From: Schizochytrium sp. TIO01
Lineage: Eukaryota; Protista; Bigyra: Labyrinthulomycetes
Direction of reading: 5' to 3'
DNA: 64,000 bases
Assembly: GCA_004764695.1 (NCBI GenBank)
Contig: SMSO01000034.1
Coordinates: forward strand, 434,001-498,000
The position numbers were made by a program, and so were the translations under genes. Each line of letters begins with the position of its first letter. Position 1 is the stretch's first letter. This document shows positions 29,871 to 42,038 of the stretch, in pieces. The notes under the pieces were generated by a model. It worked only from the letters and a program-made list of their open reading frames with translations. It did not search any database and was not told the DNA's origin.

Positions 29871-32843
29871 CTTCAGATTTGTTGACGGAGACGCTAGACA
29901 GAATCAAACCTGAGCGACGACGTCGTAAGTGTCGAGGGCTTAAGCCTCGAGATGCGGAAATAACGGCCCGTGCAGATCTCGGGCCAGCGCAGAACGGGCC
30001 GTCGAGGTTCTGGACTTCGTGTTGAGGATCTCAAGAAAACTTGGGTCAATTTTTCATTTCATATTATTTTATTATTCATTTCAAGTCAGCTCATACTATT
30101 CTTATTGTAATATGATAATACCGTACTGCAAATGTAATGTCAAATGCAATCTCGTGCCCAAAGCAGATGGGAAGTAAATACCCACGAAACACGAGCATCT
30201 CATGGAACCAGGGTTCCAGGGCGAGAGTACCAATGCAAACTCAAGGCTTGCGCAGGTAAAGAGACCTTCTGACGCGGCTTTGATGATACGAGTCCGTAGG
30301 GTAATTTGCGGTGGATTACTTCACTTTTGGTCTTTGCGTGGCACCCAGCGGATACGAATTCTGCATTGCACAACTTCAAGGTCAGGTTGGAGCTACCGGC
30401 CTCCACCAAGGCAGTAAATACTTTAGCTTCTAAACTGCTTTGGACAAGTACAACGATGAGCTATTTCATGGAAAATGAAGTGGATAGGGCAGGGTATTGC
30501 ACATAATTAGTTCTTTTTGCACACTTGCTGCATTTGCCAATGCATGTAAACTAAGATGCCATTGAAGATGTTTAGTTTACCTCGTGCACTGGCAAATGCG
30601 TGTAAAATAACACTCAATAGAAACTCAGGGGACAGCGCAGGCTGTTGAGATGCGACTTTGCACTTTAGACATGTTATCGCTTAATGGAAATGGTCCGTTT
30701 CCTAAAGTTTTCTTGAGACTTCGACGGCACCATTTTTTGGGGAACCTAGCAAAGCCACCCAAACCAATTTGCAGAGGCCTCTTACCTATCTACCTTTGCA
30801 AGTGTCCTGAAAGATGTCTGCAGAACGAATCGTTCGAATATTTCTGAAGAAGATGCGGGAAGAGTGAACTTGGGCTTTTATTAACTTATTGGACCGTGGC
30901 GATCGTAGGGAAGGACTTCGATCCAATAATCTCAAGAGACGGAAACTCCACGTTACATTCCCTCCTCAGAAAAGCCCTCGTTGGGAACTTCAATATATAT
31001 ATTGTAGCCGGTCACTCATGCTGTCCTCTCGTTTAGCGTAGACCTTTTCCCACCGCATTGACTGCTGTCGAGGCCTCGCAGTTTTAGCAGTCTTCACTTT
31101 CACTCCAACCGATACCATCTATCAGAGCGAGCATCTTCGAACATCTTCGAGGCGGCATGAGTCATGGATGGCCGTCTCTGGCCAGAGACAGTTACGCATT
31201 TCTTTACATTTAAGCGCATTACATCACATGTCGTTGATTGCCAAAAGATGATTTGCAGCATATAAAACCGCGTGGGGAAAGGAAAACTGTCTCGTACGAG
31301 TCTGATGACCTCTTCATCCTATTGGCAAACTTTCCACGCCGAGCTGAGCTGAGCTTTGCTGGGCTGGGCTGAGCTGTTCAATGTTCAAGGTCGACTTCAA
31401 CTTGCTGGTTGTGCAATTTTTTAAGAGAGAACGAGCACTTAGGACCTTAAAATTGTAAAACTGATTTCCACCAGGTTACCCATTTCTAGCCTCCTGAGTT
31501 TTCATCCTGCACTCAGCGAAGGGCCTCCATATGCTCGATCTCGATTGTTCTGCCCTAGACGGCATCGACCTTCATCCGAACAATGGCAATCGCTCGAAGA
31601 ACCAGTTTCAATGATTTCGTTTCTCCGCCTTCCCCAAGGCTTCGAGCGTTTCGTTTATTTAGACACCTTTTCGGTATCCAAACCACGTTCCCTGGTGAAA
31701 CGATATGAGCTTATTTAGATGCCTCTACGGTACCCAATTAGAAAGGTGTCAAACAAATGTGGGTGCCCGGTCTGCTAAACCGGCTGCCTGGCGTTTCCTA
31801 GGCTCTCGCGGCGAATAAACCTCAACGCTGGCACCTTGCACCGAGGAAGTGAAACCCTCAGAGTTTCATCGAATTCTACATCACCTGCACAGGTCCATGA
31901 CACCATAGTTCGTCCAATTCTTCAATTCCTCAAGAGAATGCAGTGCTACTGGTATTGGCTATGTAAAAATAAGACTTGACCAGTTCTCAAGACTCCTAGC
32001 GTTATGCTTTGAGTGGCACTAGTCCCCATTTTTCAAATCCTGAAAAAGGTAGTATAGGAGTATTGTTTATCCGAAAAACAGAGGAAATCAGTGAAAGTTT
32101 ATGTTTCGGGTAAATAGATTTGTACAAAATGACCCCATTGGTGGGGTCGGGAAAACCCGGCGAGAAAAACCGCCGCATGAAACAGAAGTGGCATGGAGAC
32201 CAATACTGCTTCAGGTTGCCTACGCGGCACCCTCGGGTTTTCTTGGCCGCGATCGCGAGCCTCACGGGGCTTGCAAAGCCGAGACGCGAGTCTTGAGCGA
32301 AGCTTTTGATCTTGGCACCACATAGAAGTGGGTTCTGCTGGTCGGATTGCGTAAGATCTGCAGTACATTGCATAACGCCTTTAGAGACCAAAACTGTTGC
32401 TCCTTGAAAGCTGCTGAGATTAGCTTAAGAAACCACTCGGAAGCGAGGACCTGAAACTCTCGGGAACTCAAACGCGTTTCGAGGCTAAAAGTTCTTCAAG
32501 AGCGGCCTTAATTCGGATCGAGTTTGTTTCACGCGCTGGGGAGGAAGGAAACGAAGTAACTTCTTTTAAGTTCACGCGTGTGCTTTTGGAGACCACAAAC
32601 CTGCATCTAGACATCTCGATATTCAGACATCCAAAGGGTTAAGGTCATTCGATTGTAAGTGGTAACTTCATTTGGTTCTAGCCCTTGCGGTTTCGTTGCA
32701 GAGCTCACTCCGCAGTTTGGGAGGTATTGACACTTGCTGCTTAAACTCAATCCTTTGTTCTGCGACGGCATATCTTAAGCCAGCAAACCTTCATTGGAGC
32801 AGACCTCGGGCACAGGAAGTAAGCTCGACGTCAGCTACCCATC

Positions 32844-35800
32844 ATGGCGGATTTCTTTGGCACGCCAACGCAGGACGATGGCAAGGCCTTTCAGAATCGT
32901 GTTCTGCTAGAGAGGTTCTGCATGGTGATGGAGTTCATGAACTTTAAGCTCGGCGACAACTGGCACTCCAACATATCCGTAGAGCGGCCCCAGGACCTAC
33001 TCGGCGCTCTCAACGACGGTTCTGTGCTTTGCAAGCTTGTGAGTATCTCCAGGTCACAGGCCATCACCACAGAGGAGCGTACCAAGACCAACCTCCAGAA
33101 CTTTCGCCGGGAGGCCGTTCGCCTTGGTCTTCCTGAAAGCTCTCTTTTTAGTGCTCAGGATCTCTTGCAGCCTTCGAGTTTGAGCTCTATCTGCGTTGTG
33201 AACTGTCTACAAGAGCTCCGTATCAAGCTGCTCGAGATGGACCGCGCCCTTCTTAACGAGCACTACAGTAGCCCAACACAGACTACGAAACGGCACAAGC
33301 TCGTGAACTCCAACCAAAGGCTTGTGAGGCCTGTGGACGCTCAAAATAAAGACGGTTCACCGATGATTCGACCCCAATCTCGAGGCGTCCTCGACCTCCT
33401 TGGATCAGATGTGTCGACACCGCCCCGAACTCCAACGGTGGATTCGATCCCAGGCTCTGCTCAAAGTAATCGCAGCGGCGGTTCTTCATCGAAACGTGCA
33501 GGACGGCGGGTATCCATCAATACGCTCAATACTCAAGCATCTCTAGCTCGAGTGCAAGAGCGCATGGCAAGCACATATAAAGACAAATGTAGACAACTTG
33601 AGGCCGGTAACCAGGAGCTGATTGAGACCGTAGAAGATCTTCAAGAAACGGTGGCAAGCCTCCAGAGAAGCAAACATAGCTACCAGCTTGAGTGCGAGAA
33701 GCTTCAAGACAGAAACCGTGTGATGTTGACGCACTTCAGACTTATGGAGGCCCAAATCAGAGCTTGCGTCGGAGCTTGGTCATCGTGCGAAATCTCAACT
33801 AAAGAACACCCGGCGTTAACAGAGCTTCACGAGGAAATGACGGCCTTGAAAGATACTTGGGATGACGTCAATGAAGCAACCGAGAAGGTTCAGAAGGAGG
33901 CTGCTCAGGCGGTTGCGGAGTCGCAACGTATTGCAATTGAGGAAACCATCGAAGAAGGTGATGAAGGCGAGGAAGATGACGAAGCTGGCCAAGGAGCAAA
34001 GGTTGAACCCAGTGATGTAGTCACAGAGACCAAGTCGTCCTCCGAGGTAGAGAACCTCTGCCATAAATTGAACTCTCTGGACCTGTCAAAGCCGGAAACA
34101 AGCAACATGAGCGGCCAAGACGCCAAGGCTGAGCTAAGCAGAACGAAGGACATTCTGCGCAAAACTAAGGACCATGTACTAGCCTTACAAAAGGAGCTTC
34201 AGATGGAGAAGGAGGCTCATGGAAAGGCCGTGAACGACCTCCGGGAGAAGCTTTCTGCTATGAAGTTTGAATTTGCGGACCTCAGCAATGATTTCCGTAG
34301 CGCGTTTAGCAGCTCTGCCACCAACTTTGCAGCCATGGCCAAAGTCTTGCAAGCTCGTGTCAACGAATGCGATCAGGACCGCAAGCACTCACAAGCCCGA
34401 TTTGGCAGGGAGGAGCGTCGTCGCAAGAAGCTGCTTAATATGGTGCACAACCTCAAGGGCAACATCCGCGTGATGTGCCGTATTCGTCCAGTGCTCTCTA
34501 GCGATCTTGAGAAAGAAGAGTCTAATGTTGCTGTTGAGTCAATCGATGATGAGCGTCTGGCCATTACCACTAGCACGACATCCGCCGCCGGCACAGTCTC
34601 TACGAAGGCTCATGAGTATGAGTTCGACCGCGTCTTTGGTCCTACCTCTTCGCAACACAGCGTTTTTGATGAGGTGCAGCCTCTTGTTGAGTCTGTAATG
34701 GACGGATACCACTCTTGTATTTTTGCTTATGGCCAGACGGGCTCCGGCAAGACTTACACCATGAGTGGTGACGAGGAAAACCGGGGTATCAACTATTTGG
34801 CTCTTGAAGAGCTCTTCCAATGCTATGCTCAGCGTCGTGCAGGTGGCGCAAGCTACCGTTTCAAGGTGCAAAACGTGGAGATCTACTGCGAGAAAGTTAT
34901 TGATTTGCTTGCATCGCACGCTGATGTTTACACAGAGGGTGGGGAAGATAAGAATGGCCCGGCATACCTTGAAATCCGATCGAACGACCGCGATGGTGTA
35001 CACATGCCTGGTTGTGTTGAGATTGAAGTAAAGAACGTAGAGGAAGTTATCGAAGTTATGGAGCTTGGTGCGCGTAACCGCAGTTCTGCTCACACGAAAA
35101 TGAATATGGCAAGTTCGCGTTCGCACTCTGTTGTGATTGTTTCCGTCCACGGCGCAAATGATGACACTGGCCGTAGCACGTTTGGTAAGCTCGTTCTTGT
35201 TGATTTGGCTGGTTCTGAGCGCGTTGGAAAATCCGGCGCCCAAGGTGCTCAGCTGAAGGAGGCTCAGGCTATTAACAAGAGTTTGAGCTGTCTCGGTGAC
35301 GTTATTTCCGCTTTGGAGTCCAAGGCAGCGCATGTACCGTTCCGTAACTCCAAGTTGACCACCTTACTCCAGGATTCTCTTGGCAAGGACAACAAGGCTT
35401 TGATGATCTTGCAAGTGAGCCCTACAACTTTCAACGCACAAGAATCAACTTGCTCCTTGAATTTTGCGGCGCGCGTGCGGCATTGCGAGCTTGGCAAGGC
35501 CAAGAAGAAGGAGCGTACCGGCGAGTCATCGAAGCAGCGTGCGGCTATGAAGCAGGCCCAGGATCGAGTGCATCAGCTCGAACTCAAGATCAAGATGTTG
35601 AACAAAAAGCTCGAAGAGGCACACATTGAACAGGAGTCAATTCGCGCTCAAGCGGCCAAGGATGCCGAAAAATTGTCGAAGCGTCTCGAGGACCGTATGA
35701 GCAACCTCAAGGAAAATGACAGTAAGGAAATCCAGGCTTTGCGCGAGAAGCTCATGGAACAAAAGTCAGAGGACACCGACAGCAAGTCAAAACTTGAGAC

Positions 35801-36458
35801 CGAGCTGCATGCTGCAAAAATGGAGATTGCAAACCTCAAACAGCAATTGCGCAGTTCAATTGCTGGTGCTGCTATGTCCACCTCATCTTCTATGTCCTCT
35901 GTCGGGTCTTCTCAGAGTGCTCGTGCGACGACTTCCTCGTCACACCGCTTGGGAGGTTCATCGGGCAGACTAAATTCGCGATCAACTGCATCGCCGTCTC
36001 CATCTCCATTGCGCTCCCCACAATCAAATGATTATGAGGCAAACGCTCTTCGAGAGCGTCGGCGTTCCGCAGAGAATGTACAATTTGACGTGAGCTCGCC
36101 AGAGCCGAGTCGTTACGGTGGAAGCTACTCTCTGTCGAAAGATCAGTCAAAGAAACAGGTCTCGTGGAAGAATACCCCGTTGGTTATCCCTCCCTCGGAT
36201 CGCAAGATAGCTCGTCAGCGCTTGGACTCAGACAGCGAGAACTCACAACCTTCTTCTACTCCAGAGAAGGCGCCTCGTGCCGCTAGCCGCACTCCTGTGA
36301 CCACTCGTCTTGCAAACACTTCGACTGTGGCGTCAAAGGCTCGTGCCGCATCGACGCTGGGAACGGCTTCCCGTGTGCTGCAAACGCCAGCTCGGACCAC
36401 AAAGTCGAGTGTACGTACTGCGCGTCGTGTCCCAGCTCGGCGTCCTGCCTGGCAATAA
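32844..36458 (+). CDS. Kinesin-14 (KIFC3/KCH-like) with N-terminal calponin-homology domain
   Basis: CH-like LNDGSVLCKLV...NLQNF...LFSAQDL; neck LKGNIRVMCRIRP; motor motifs FAYGQTGSGKTYTM, SSRSHSV, LVDLAGSERV, HVPFRNSKLTTLLQDSLG. Confidence 0.95.
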   Translation: MADFFGTPTQDDGKAFQNRVLLERFCMVMEFMNFKLGDNWHSNISVERPQDLLGALNDGSVLCKLVSISRSQAITTEERTKTNLQNFRREAVRLGLPESSLFSAQDLLQPSSLSSICVVNCLQELRIKLLEMDRALLNEHYSSPTQTTKRHKLVNSNQRLVRPVDAQNKDGSPMIRPQSRGVLDLLGSDVSTPPRTPTVDSIPGSAQSNRSGGSSSKRAGRRVSINTLNTQASLARVQERMASTYKDKCRQLEAGNQELIETVEDLQETVASLQRSKHSYQLECEKLQDRNRVMLTHFRLMEAQIRACVGAWSSCEISTKEHPALTELHEEMTALKDTWDDVNEATEKVQKEAAQAVAESQRIAIEETIEEGDEGEEDDEAGQGAKVEPSDVVTETKSSSEVENLCHKLNSLDLSKPETSNMSGQDAKAELSRTKDILRKTKDHVLALQKELQMEKEAHGKAVNDLREKLSAMKFEFADLSNDFRSAFSSSATNFAAMAKVLQARVNECDQDRKHSQARFGREERRRKKLLNMVHNLKGNIRVMCRIRPVLSSDLEKEESNVAVESIDDERLAITTSTTSAAGTVSTKAHEYEFDRVFGPTSSQHSVFDEVQPLVESVMDGYHSCIFAYGQTGSGKTYTMSGDEENRGINYLALEELFQCYAQRRAGGASYRFKVQNVEIYCEKVIDLLASHADVYTEGGEDKNGPAYLEIRSNDRDGVHMPGCVEIEVKNVEEVIEVMELGARNRSSAHTKMNMASSRSHSVVIVSVHGANDDTGRSTFGKLVLVDLAGSERVGKSGAQGAQLKEAQAINKSLSCLGDVISALESKAAHVPFRNSKLTTLLQDSLGKDNKALMILQVSPTTFNAQESTCSLNFAARVRHCELGKAKKKERTGESSKQRAAMKQAQDRVHQLELKIKMLNKKLEEAHIEQESIRAQAAKDAEKLSKRLEDRMSNLKENDSKEIQALREKLMEQKSEDTDSKSKLETELHAAKMEIANLKQQLRSSIAGAAMSTSSSMSSVGSSQSARATTSSSHRLGGSSGRLNSRSTASPSPSPLRSPQSNDYEANALRERRRSAENVQFDVSSPEPSRYGGSYSLSKDQSKKQVSWKNTPLVIPPSDRKIARQRLDSDSENSQPSSTPEKAPRAASRTPVTTRLANTSTVASKARAASTLGTASRVLQTPARTTKSSVRTARRVPARRPAWQ

Positions 36459-37207
36459 GGAGAAATGCCTTGTTTCGCTAGTGTGATTTGCACCCTACCT
36501 CTCCTTTTGTTTCTCTCTTATTTTGCCTACTTTGTTTTCCCCATTGCTGGGAAAACAAACAAACTGATGCTGATGACGGTTTTGTTGGGCTCTGGCGCAC
36601 AACAAAAGCCGAGTGGTTACCTCAACTGTTTTTAAAATGTCTACCTTCGAAAGACGACCTATTTCATTTCTTGCTGTACTTTGCCATGCATCCATTTCGT
36701 ATATACACCTCGCTCCAATTAATATATTAAGAAACCAAACAATCCCGAACGAATGCTGGTTGTTAATGAAATGTTCTCTGCGCACCTTTCCTCATGAAGT
36801 TAATGCTTAGATGTAACCATCAAAAAACAAATTTATGTGATCAATTGAATAAATCAATCCTTGATATGATGCCCTCTTCCTGTAGTTACTCCGTAAGAAA
36901 AAGTTGCACTCTCCGCGTTGCTCTGCACTCAACAAATATTTGCAAGTTGAAAACTTTGATGATTTAACTACGCATTATCAAGACTAAATTAAGTTAAAGG
37001 TATGTAGCCCTCATTTGGGCCAGAACTTTATGTTTCAAATGTCAACTTCGAAAGAGAAAAAAAACTATTCATTAGCGGGGTTGTAAAACTGTCAATAGCA
37101 ATAAATAATTAACAATATCATTTTGTTTCCACAATCTTTGAGATTTTCTTGGCGAATCTGTTAGTAAAGTTTAGTTGTGCTGCTGTGTCTGAGTTCTCTC
37201 TAACAAC

Positions 37208-38524
37208 CTACTCAGAGCTTTCCGAAGGCTGCGGTACTGGACTAGGGTCGTGCTGATATTGCTCTGGCTTCGCCTTCGCTGGTGGTGGGGGTGGAATATC
37301 TATGATCTCCTTATCTGTGAAAGTTGGTTCAAGGTCTACTGCTATGCGTCGGCCATCATACTCAAACGCGAGGCGGTAGCATTTGAGAAGAAAGTCAAGG
37401 TCGGCTGGCGCAGGCAAGTCTGCATGGTACATGCAATCGCCAGCTAAGGGCCATCCAATGTGCGCAAATTGGGCCCGAATTTGATGAGTGCGACCTGTGA
37501 GCAGTTGAATACGTACAAAGCGCCTTGAAGGGTGACCCGGCACGGGTTGGTGATCGAGCACTACAAGTGATGCCTCCTTGTCACAACCACCTGTCGTGCA
37601 GGTGTCCGCTACAGATTTCGAACCGCCACTTCGAAGGTCCATGTAATGGGTGAGCACTGTACCTGGCGCTGGAAGGGGGGGGGCTATCTCTTGGCTTTGG
37701 TCTACAGGTGTTGCTGTTTCTGTTGATGCAGGCGCTGCTGGTGCCGATGTTGAGTTTTCTTGCACCTCGTTGATTTCCGTATAAGACTCGAAGGTTGCAG
37801 AAGTCTTACGTGATGCAAATGAAGCCTCAGCAATGAAAGAGTAGCATTTTTCAACGCCTTCACCTTTCTGCTGGATGAGGCCGTTGAAAACCTTGCAAAA
37901 CTCTAAGTTTCTCGCAAAGAGGATGAGGCCCTGCGTTGGTTCGTCTAACCGCTGAACAGGCCACAGTTGGCTAGGCTCAAGCATACCCTCTGCAAGTGAC
38001 TGAACATTTTCATACAAGTTATCTACGCGGGATACGGACGGAATGTTTCGTGGCTTGTTGATTACAACAAAGTTTTGTTCTACGAGGCGAAGGTCCTTGT
38101 CGACAAGCCGTTGCCAATACCTGCGCGGGGTAACAAACACTCGCAGATAACACCCTTCTTCGATTTCTTCATCCTTGTCATCCCATGTCAGCCTCTTGAG
38201 CACAGCTACTTTTGCATTATTGAGAACGTGCTTATAAGCTGCACCAAGTTTGAGCAACTCTGCCACGCGCTCTGGATCTGCTCCGTGCCAGCCATCCTGT
38301 TGCAATTTCCACGCCCGGTCGCTTGAGTTCACATCTCCGTGACGTCCTGCTCCATATTTATGAAGCGACGACGGGTGTAAATTATCGAATGACTTTGGCC
38401 TCATGAATGCCTTCTCAGGCACATTCGCTGCAAGAGCTGCCGTGAGTACCTTCAGTGTCGGCCCTGTCTCTGGTGCCGCAAGGTGCAGGCATCGCACCAC
38501 GCCCTGCGATAAGGATGCCGTCAT
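37208..38524 (-). CDS. RluA-family RNA pseudouridine synthase
   Basis: Motifs VVINKPRNIPS, catalytic VQRLDEPTQGL, LLTGRTHQIRAQFAHIGWPLAGDCMY. Confidence 0.92.
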   Translation of the reverse strand: MTASLSQGVVRCLHLAAPETGPTLKVLTAALAANVPEKAFMRPKSFDNLHPSSLHKYGAGRHGDVNSSDRAWKLQQDGWHGADPERVAELLKLGAAYKHVLNNAKVAVLKRLTWDDKDEEIEEGCYLRVFVTPRRYWQRLVDKDLRLVEQNFVVINKPRNIPSVSRVDNLYENVQSLAEGMLEPSQLWPVQRLDEPTQGLILFARNLEFCKVFNGLIQQKGEGVEKCYSFIAEASFASRKTSATFESYTEINEVQENSTSAPAAPASTETATPVDQSQEIAPPLPAPGTVLTHYMDLRSGGSKSVADTCTTGGCDKEASLVVLDHQPVPGHPSRRFVRIQLLTGRTHQIRAQFAHIGWPLAGDCMYHADLPAPADLDFLLKCYRLAFEYDGRRIAVDLEPTFTDKEIIDIPPPPPAKAKPEQYQHDPSPVPQPSESSE

Positions 38525-38538
38525 CTTGTAGGTTCACC

Positions 38539-38592
38539 AACCTCAACCTTAACCTCAACGTCAACGTCAAAGTCAATGTCAACCTAAACCCG
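38539..38592. repeat. Degenerate hexamer repeat (AACCTC/AACGTC) just upstream of the RluA start
   Basis: aacctc aacctt aacctc aacgtc aacgtc aaagtc aatgtc aaccta aacccg. Confidence 0.8.
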
Positions 38593-39319
38593 AGTTTAAG
38601 CTCAGCTCCACTTGCTGGTTCTGATTACACCTCAGCCAATTACAGGTCTATGCATGGATATGAATTGTCCTGCATTACTATTTATCCGCCATCAACTGAT
38701 TGGTTTGCCAAGACTCCATGGACAGTGCAGGTACTTACCAGACCAGATGTATCTTTAACAACGAACGGAACATGACACATACGCTATAATACAAATAAAC
38801 AATTTGAAAAGAGGCAGAAAGGGCTCCAAAAGAGCCAGTGAATATAAGAAGCGATATAAAAAGGGTTTTAAACAAGGTATAAGTAATAATGTACTTCCTA
38901 AAGTACAGTTGCGAAAAATATGTATATATGTGTGGATATTTAGAAAACAAAGTTCATTAAAGAATAAGAAGAAGGAGAAGAAAGATGTCCGTCGGAAAGG
39001 AAAGAAGATCTTTGTCATAGCAAATCCCCTTCATCCAATCTGCAGAGACCTGGAGAATCGGCACCTGCACTTGCTCGCCAGTCTTTGTCTCCGCTGGTAT
39101 CCCAGCGCCGAGCTTGCGTACGATTACCTCTGCTCTTCTAAGCCTCAGTTTGAGTTATCTAAGTTTGCGATCTTTGCAGCAGAGCAGCAATATCGATCAT
39201 ATCGAACTTTTGCGCAGACTTTGCCTGCACTGAAGGCAGCGACCAAGACCTGCGTCACTTATATTCTCTTCGGCCTTGCTAATTTTCTGGACAGGAGCTG
39301 GAGACCTTCGAGCTGTAAA

Positions 39320-40317
39320 ATGGCCTCAGACAATAGTGGTATTGTTGTTGCTGCGTACAATTTCACAGCCGAAAATGATGACGAGCTGGATGTGGAGGAG
39401 GGCACGCGGCTTCGAACTCTGGAGAAACGCGAGGAGTGGTGGTTTGCAGAGACTGAAGATGGTTCCAAGCGAGGCATAATTCCTGTCAGCTACGTCGTGT
39501 CTGAGGAGGAGTATGCCCGTATGCTCTCTTACGATGACGAAGACAGTGCCAACGGGATGGGGACCTCGTCAGCCCCAACTAACTCATTTGACGTTGATGA
39601 AGTAGATATTTCAAAGCTTCCTGACGTGTCCGCTCAAAGTAACTCTCAGGCACCCAATGCACAAGCTGAGACGGAGTCAGCAAAGCCCACATTTGCGAAA
39701 GACAATTCTGCCACTACGAGTTCTGTGCCGCCCCCTCCGTCTCCTGGTGAAGCAGAATTAGCATGGCGCCTCAAAAATTTACGAACAACTCAGGATATGA
39801 CCTCAGGAGAACCTGATTCTGGAAATAGTCCGGGAGCACCGTCTCCACCGGCATCTCCTCCAGTGAAGAGTTCTCTGCCTTCGCCTAATTCTGCACCGGG
39901 GTCACCTGTACCTGCAGGTGGCATTGCCTCTGGGGCTGACCCCGATCTTGCCAAGGAAACGCCTCCGGAAATCAGAGCTGAAGTTCCAAGCGTTTCATAC
40001 GATGATCTTGCGTCCAAATTTGAAGAATTGCAGCGAAGGGTCGCCAGCGTTCGCCTTCACGATGAAAACGCTCAAGAGACCAATGGAAGTAGCACAGATA
40101 GTTTCAACGCGAACGCAGAGTCCTCCCAGCATGTTCCTATTGCCGAGACTATTCCAGAGGAAGAGTTGCAGATGCCTCCTCCAATTGATCTAGGTGCCTA
40201 TCAGCGCTCAGGCGCATCTACGCCATCGCCGTCACCTTCAAGTCCTCCAAGTCCTCAGCAGGCTGCGGCTGCACTTGCACTGCAAAATCAGGTCAATGAG
40301 CGTGTGCGGCGCGAGCA

Positions 40318-40360
<43 letters not shown>

Positions 40361-41161
40361 CAACAAAATCAAGAGTCGCAGCGCCGTAGTTCAGAGCCTG
40401 CACCTCCATCTCCTCAGTTGGCTCAGCAGGCACTCGAATCTCGCCGCCGTGAAGAGCAACGTCGCGCAAGTGCGGAGGAGGAAAGCATTCGCCGAGCTGA
40501 GCATTTGAGGTCAGAACGCGAGAAACAACTTCGCATGCAGCAGGCTGCAGCCACACAAGACATGGAAGGTCGAGAACACATTCGCCGAGTCGGACAGGGT
40601 GCTGAAAGTAAGGCTCAAGAGTTCAAGCGTCAGGCAATTGAGGCTGCTAAGATGGCTGTTGAGGAAGACCAGGCTAAACGTTTTGACAAGGCATATGAAT
40701 ATTACATCATAGCGCTGGAGGCATTTTGCAAGGTCCTTGAGTTTACACCCAAAGGTGGACCCCGAGACAATCGTGGCGTAATTTGTGACCGTATGCAAAC
40801 CTATCTTGTTCGAATGTCTGCACTTGAACCACTGTTTTGCACAGGAGCATGGTCCGATGGTAAAAAGTATGCTTTGCGCCCCAGAGAAAGGTATCAAGGC
40901 CGTGTCAATATCATTATGCAAATGGCCAAGACAGGCTACTTCAATCCTGGTACCTACGGTGATGAGCTCCGCATTCGCGCACGTTTTGCCGAGAGTAAGG
41001 GTGACGAGCGTGGTGCATTTCGAGCACTCAGCGAAGGTTTGGAGTACTATATGGCAATTCACAAGATTCTAAAGGAGTCTGGCAAACCGAACGATGATGC
41101 GCTTATGATGCACATTTCTAGCATGCTTTCGAGTGCTGAACGCCTGAAACAAAAGTTTTAG
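39320..41161 (+). CDS. SH3 domain + proline-rich + polyQ + MIT-domain protein
   Basis: ATG at 39320. SH3: VAAYNFTAENDDELDV...EWWFAE...RGIIPVSYV. MIT-like: AIEAAKMAVEEDQAKRFDKAYEYYIIALEAF, with a second MIT-like C-terminal segment. Confidence 0.88.
40316..40366 (+). repeat. CAG/CAA repeat encoding 17 Gln
   Basis: In-frame cagcaacagcag...caacaa run. Confidence 0.95.
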
Positions 41162-42038
41162 ATTATGTGAACCCGCTCCCCAACTTCTAACATGAAGGTT
41201 TGTACAATGCTTTGCAGTCACTAATACACCGACTGCTATTTTTCAAAATCCTTCCCCTTTTCCCAACTAGTAGCTTATCATATTAAAAAAGGAATATCAT
41301 CGGGTTAGTGCATAAATCTTCTGATGACCGTACATTCTGTGATATGCAACTTGTATGTTGACAACCCTTGAACCAAATATTAGACGAGAGGCATGCTTTG
41401 TTGCATACTTGTTCAATAGGCAATTCATTTCGAGGATTTTCAGTCAACTTTTCTCCCAAGCTTTCGATGTATTGAGGGTAGGAGTTTAAAGTTTGTAATT
41501 CTGTATTCGGTTAAGTCTTCAATACTCGAGGCAGCGATTTGAAGCAAAAGAAGAGTAGTAATTAGACATGGAAATTCCTTGGGTCTTTGCAGAATTTCGA
41601 GAAAGAAAGTATTAACTTTACAGTTTCACTGACATTCTCCATATCTAATTGCATGAATAAGTGAGTACTTCTGAAGACAATTGAAACTCTTGATAATATG
41701 GGCAGAACAGGGAGTTATTTCAACCAGGGTAGAAGGTAGTTAGATACTGCGAGATATTAGAATAGTCCAATTGGAAAAAGAAATAGATATTGATATTAAA
41801 AGATGAAGAAGCGGAGAGTAAATAAACAAATAGAAATAGGATTGCTCTTGTCCAAAACCTAACAGAGCTATGTACTCAATCAGGTAAGCTGAATACAGAA
41901 GCGAGGGTACCAACCTGAACAAACATAATGTGAAATTGCACAGGGATGCAAGTTAAGCGGGTGCATTTTACATGTATTCATGCGACGTCCCTTACTTTTT
42001 GGGGTTGTCAAAGACAGGTTTGGCCAATGCAGCAGTAT

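Noticed and set aside
31283-31335. Hammerhead ribozyme core at CTGATGA (also 57314-57335)
   Set aside because: No properly placed GAAA or supporting stems; the second site is just a 7-bp tandem repeat.
31341-31376. GAGCT/GGGCT pentamer run resembling Ig switch repeats
   Set aside because: Only about seven units, so an ordinary short microsatellite.
38804-39319. 172-aa N-terminal extension of the SH3-MIT ORF
   Set aside because: It starts at a non-ATG codon and runs through low-complexity promoter/UTR sequence; the ATG at 39320 directly precedes the SH3 domain.
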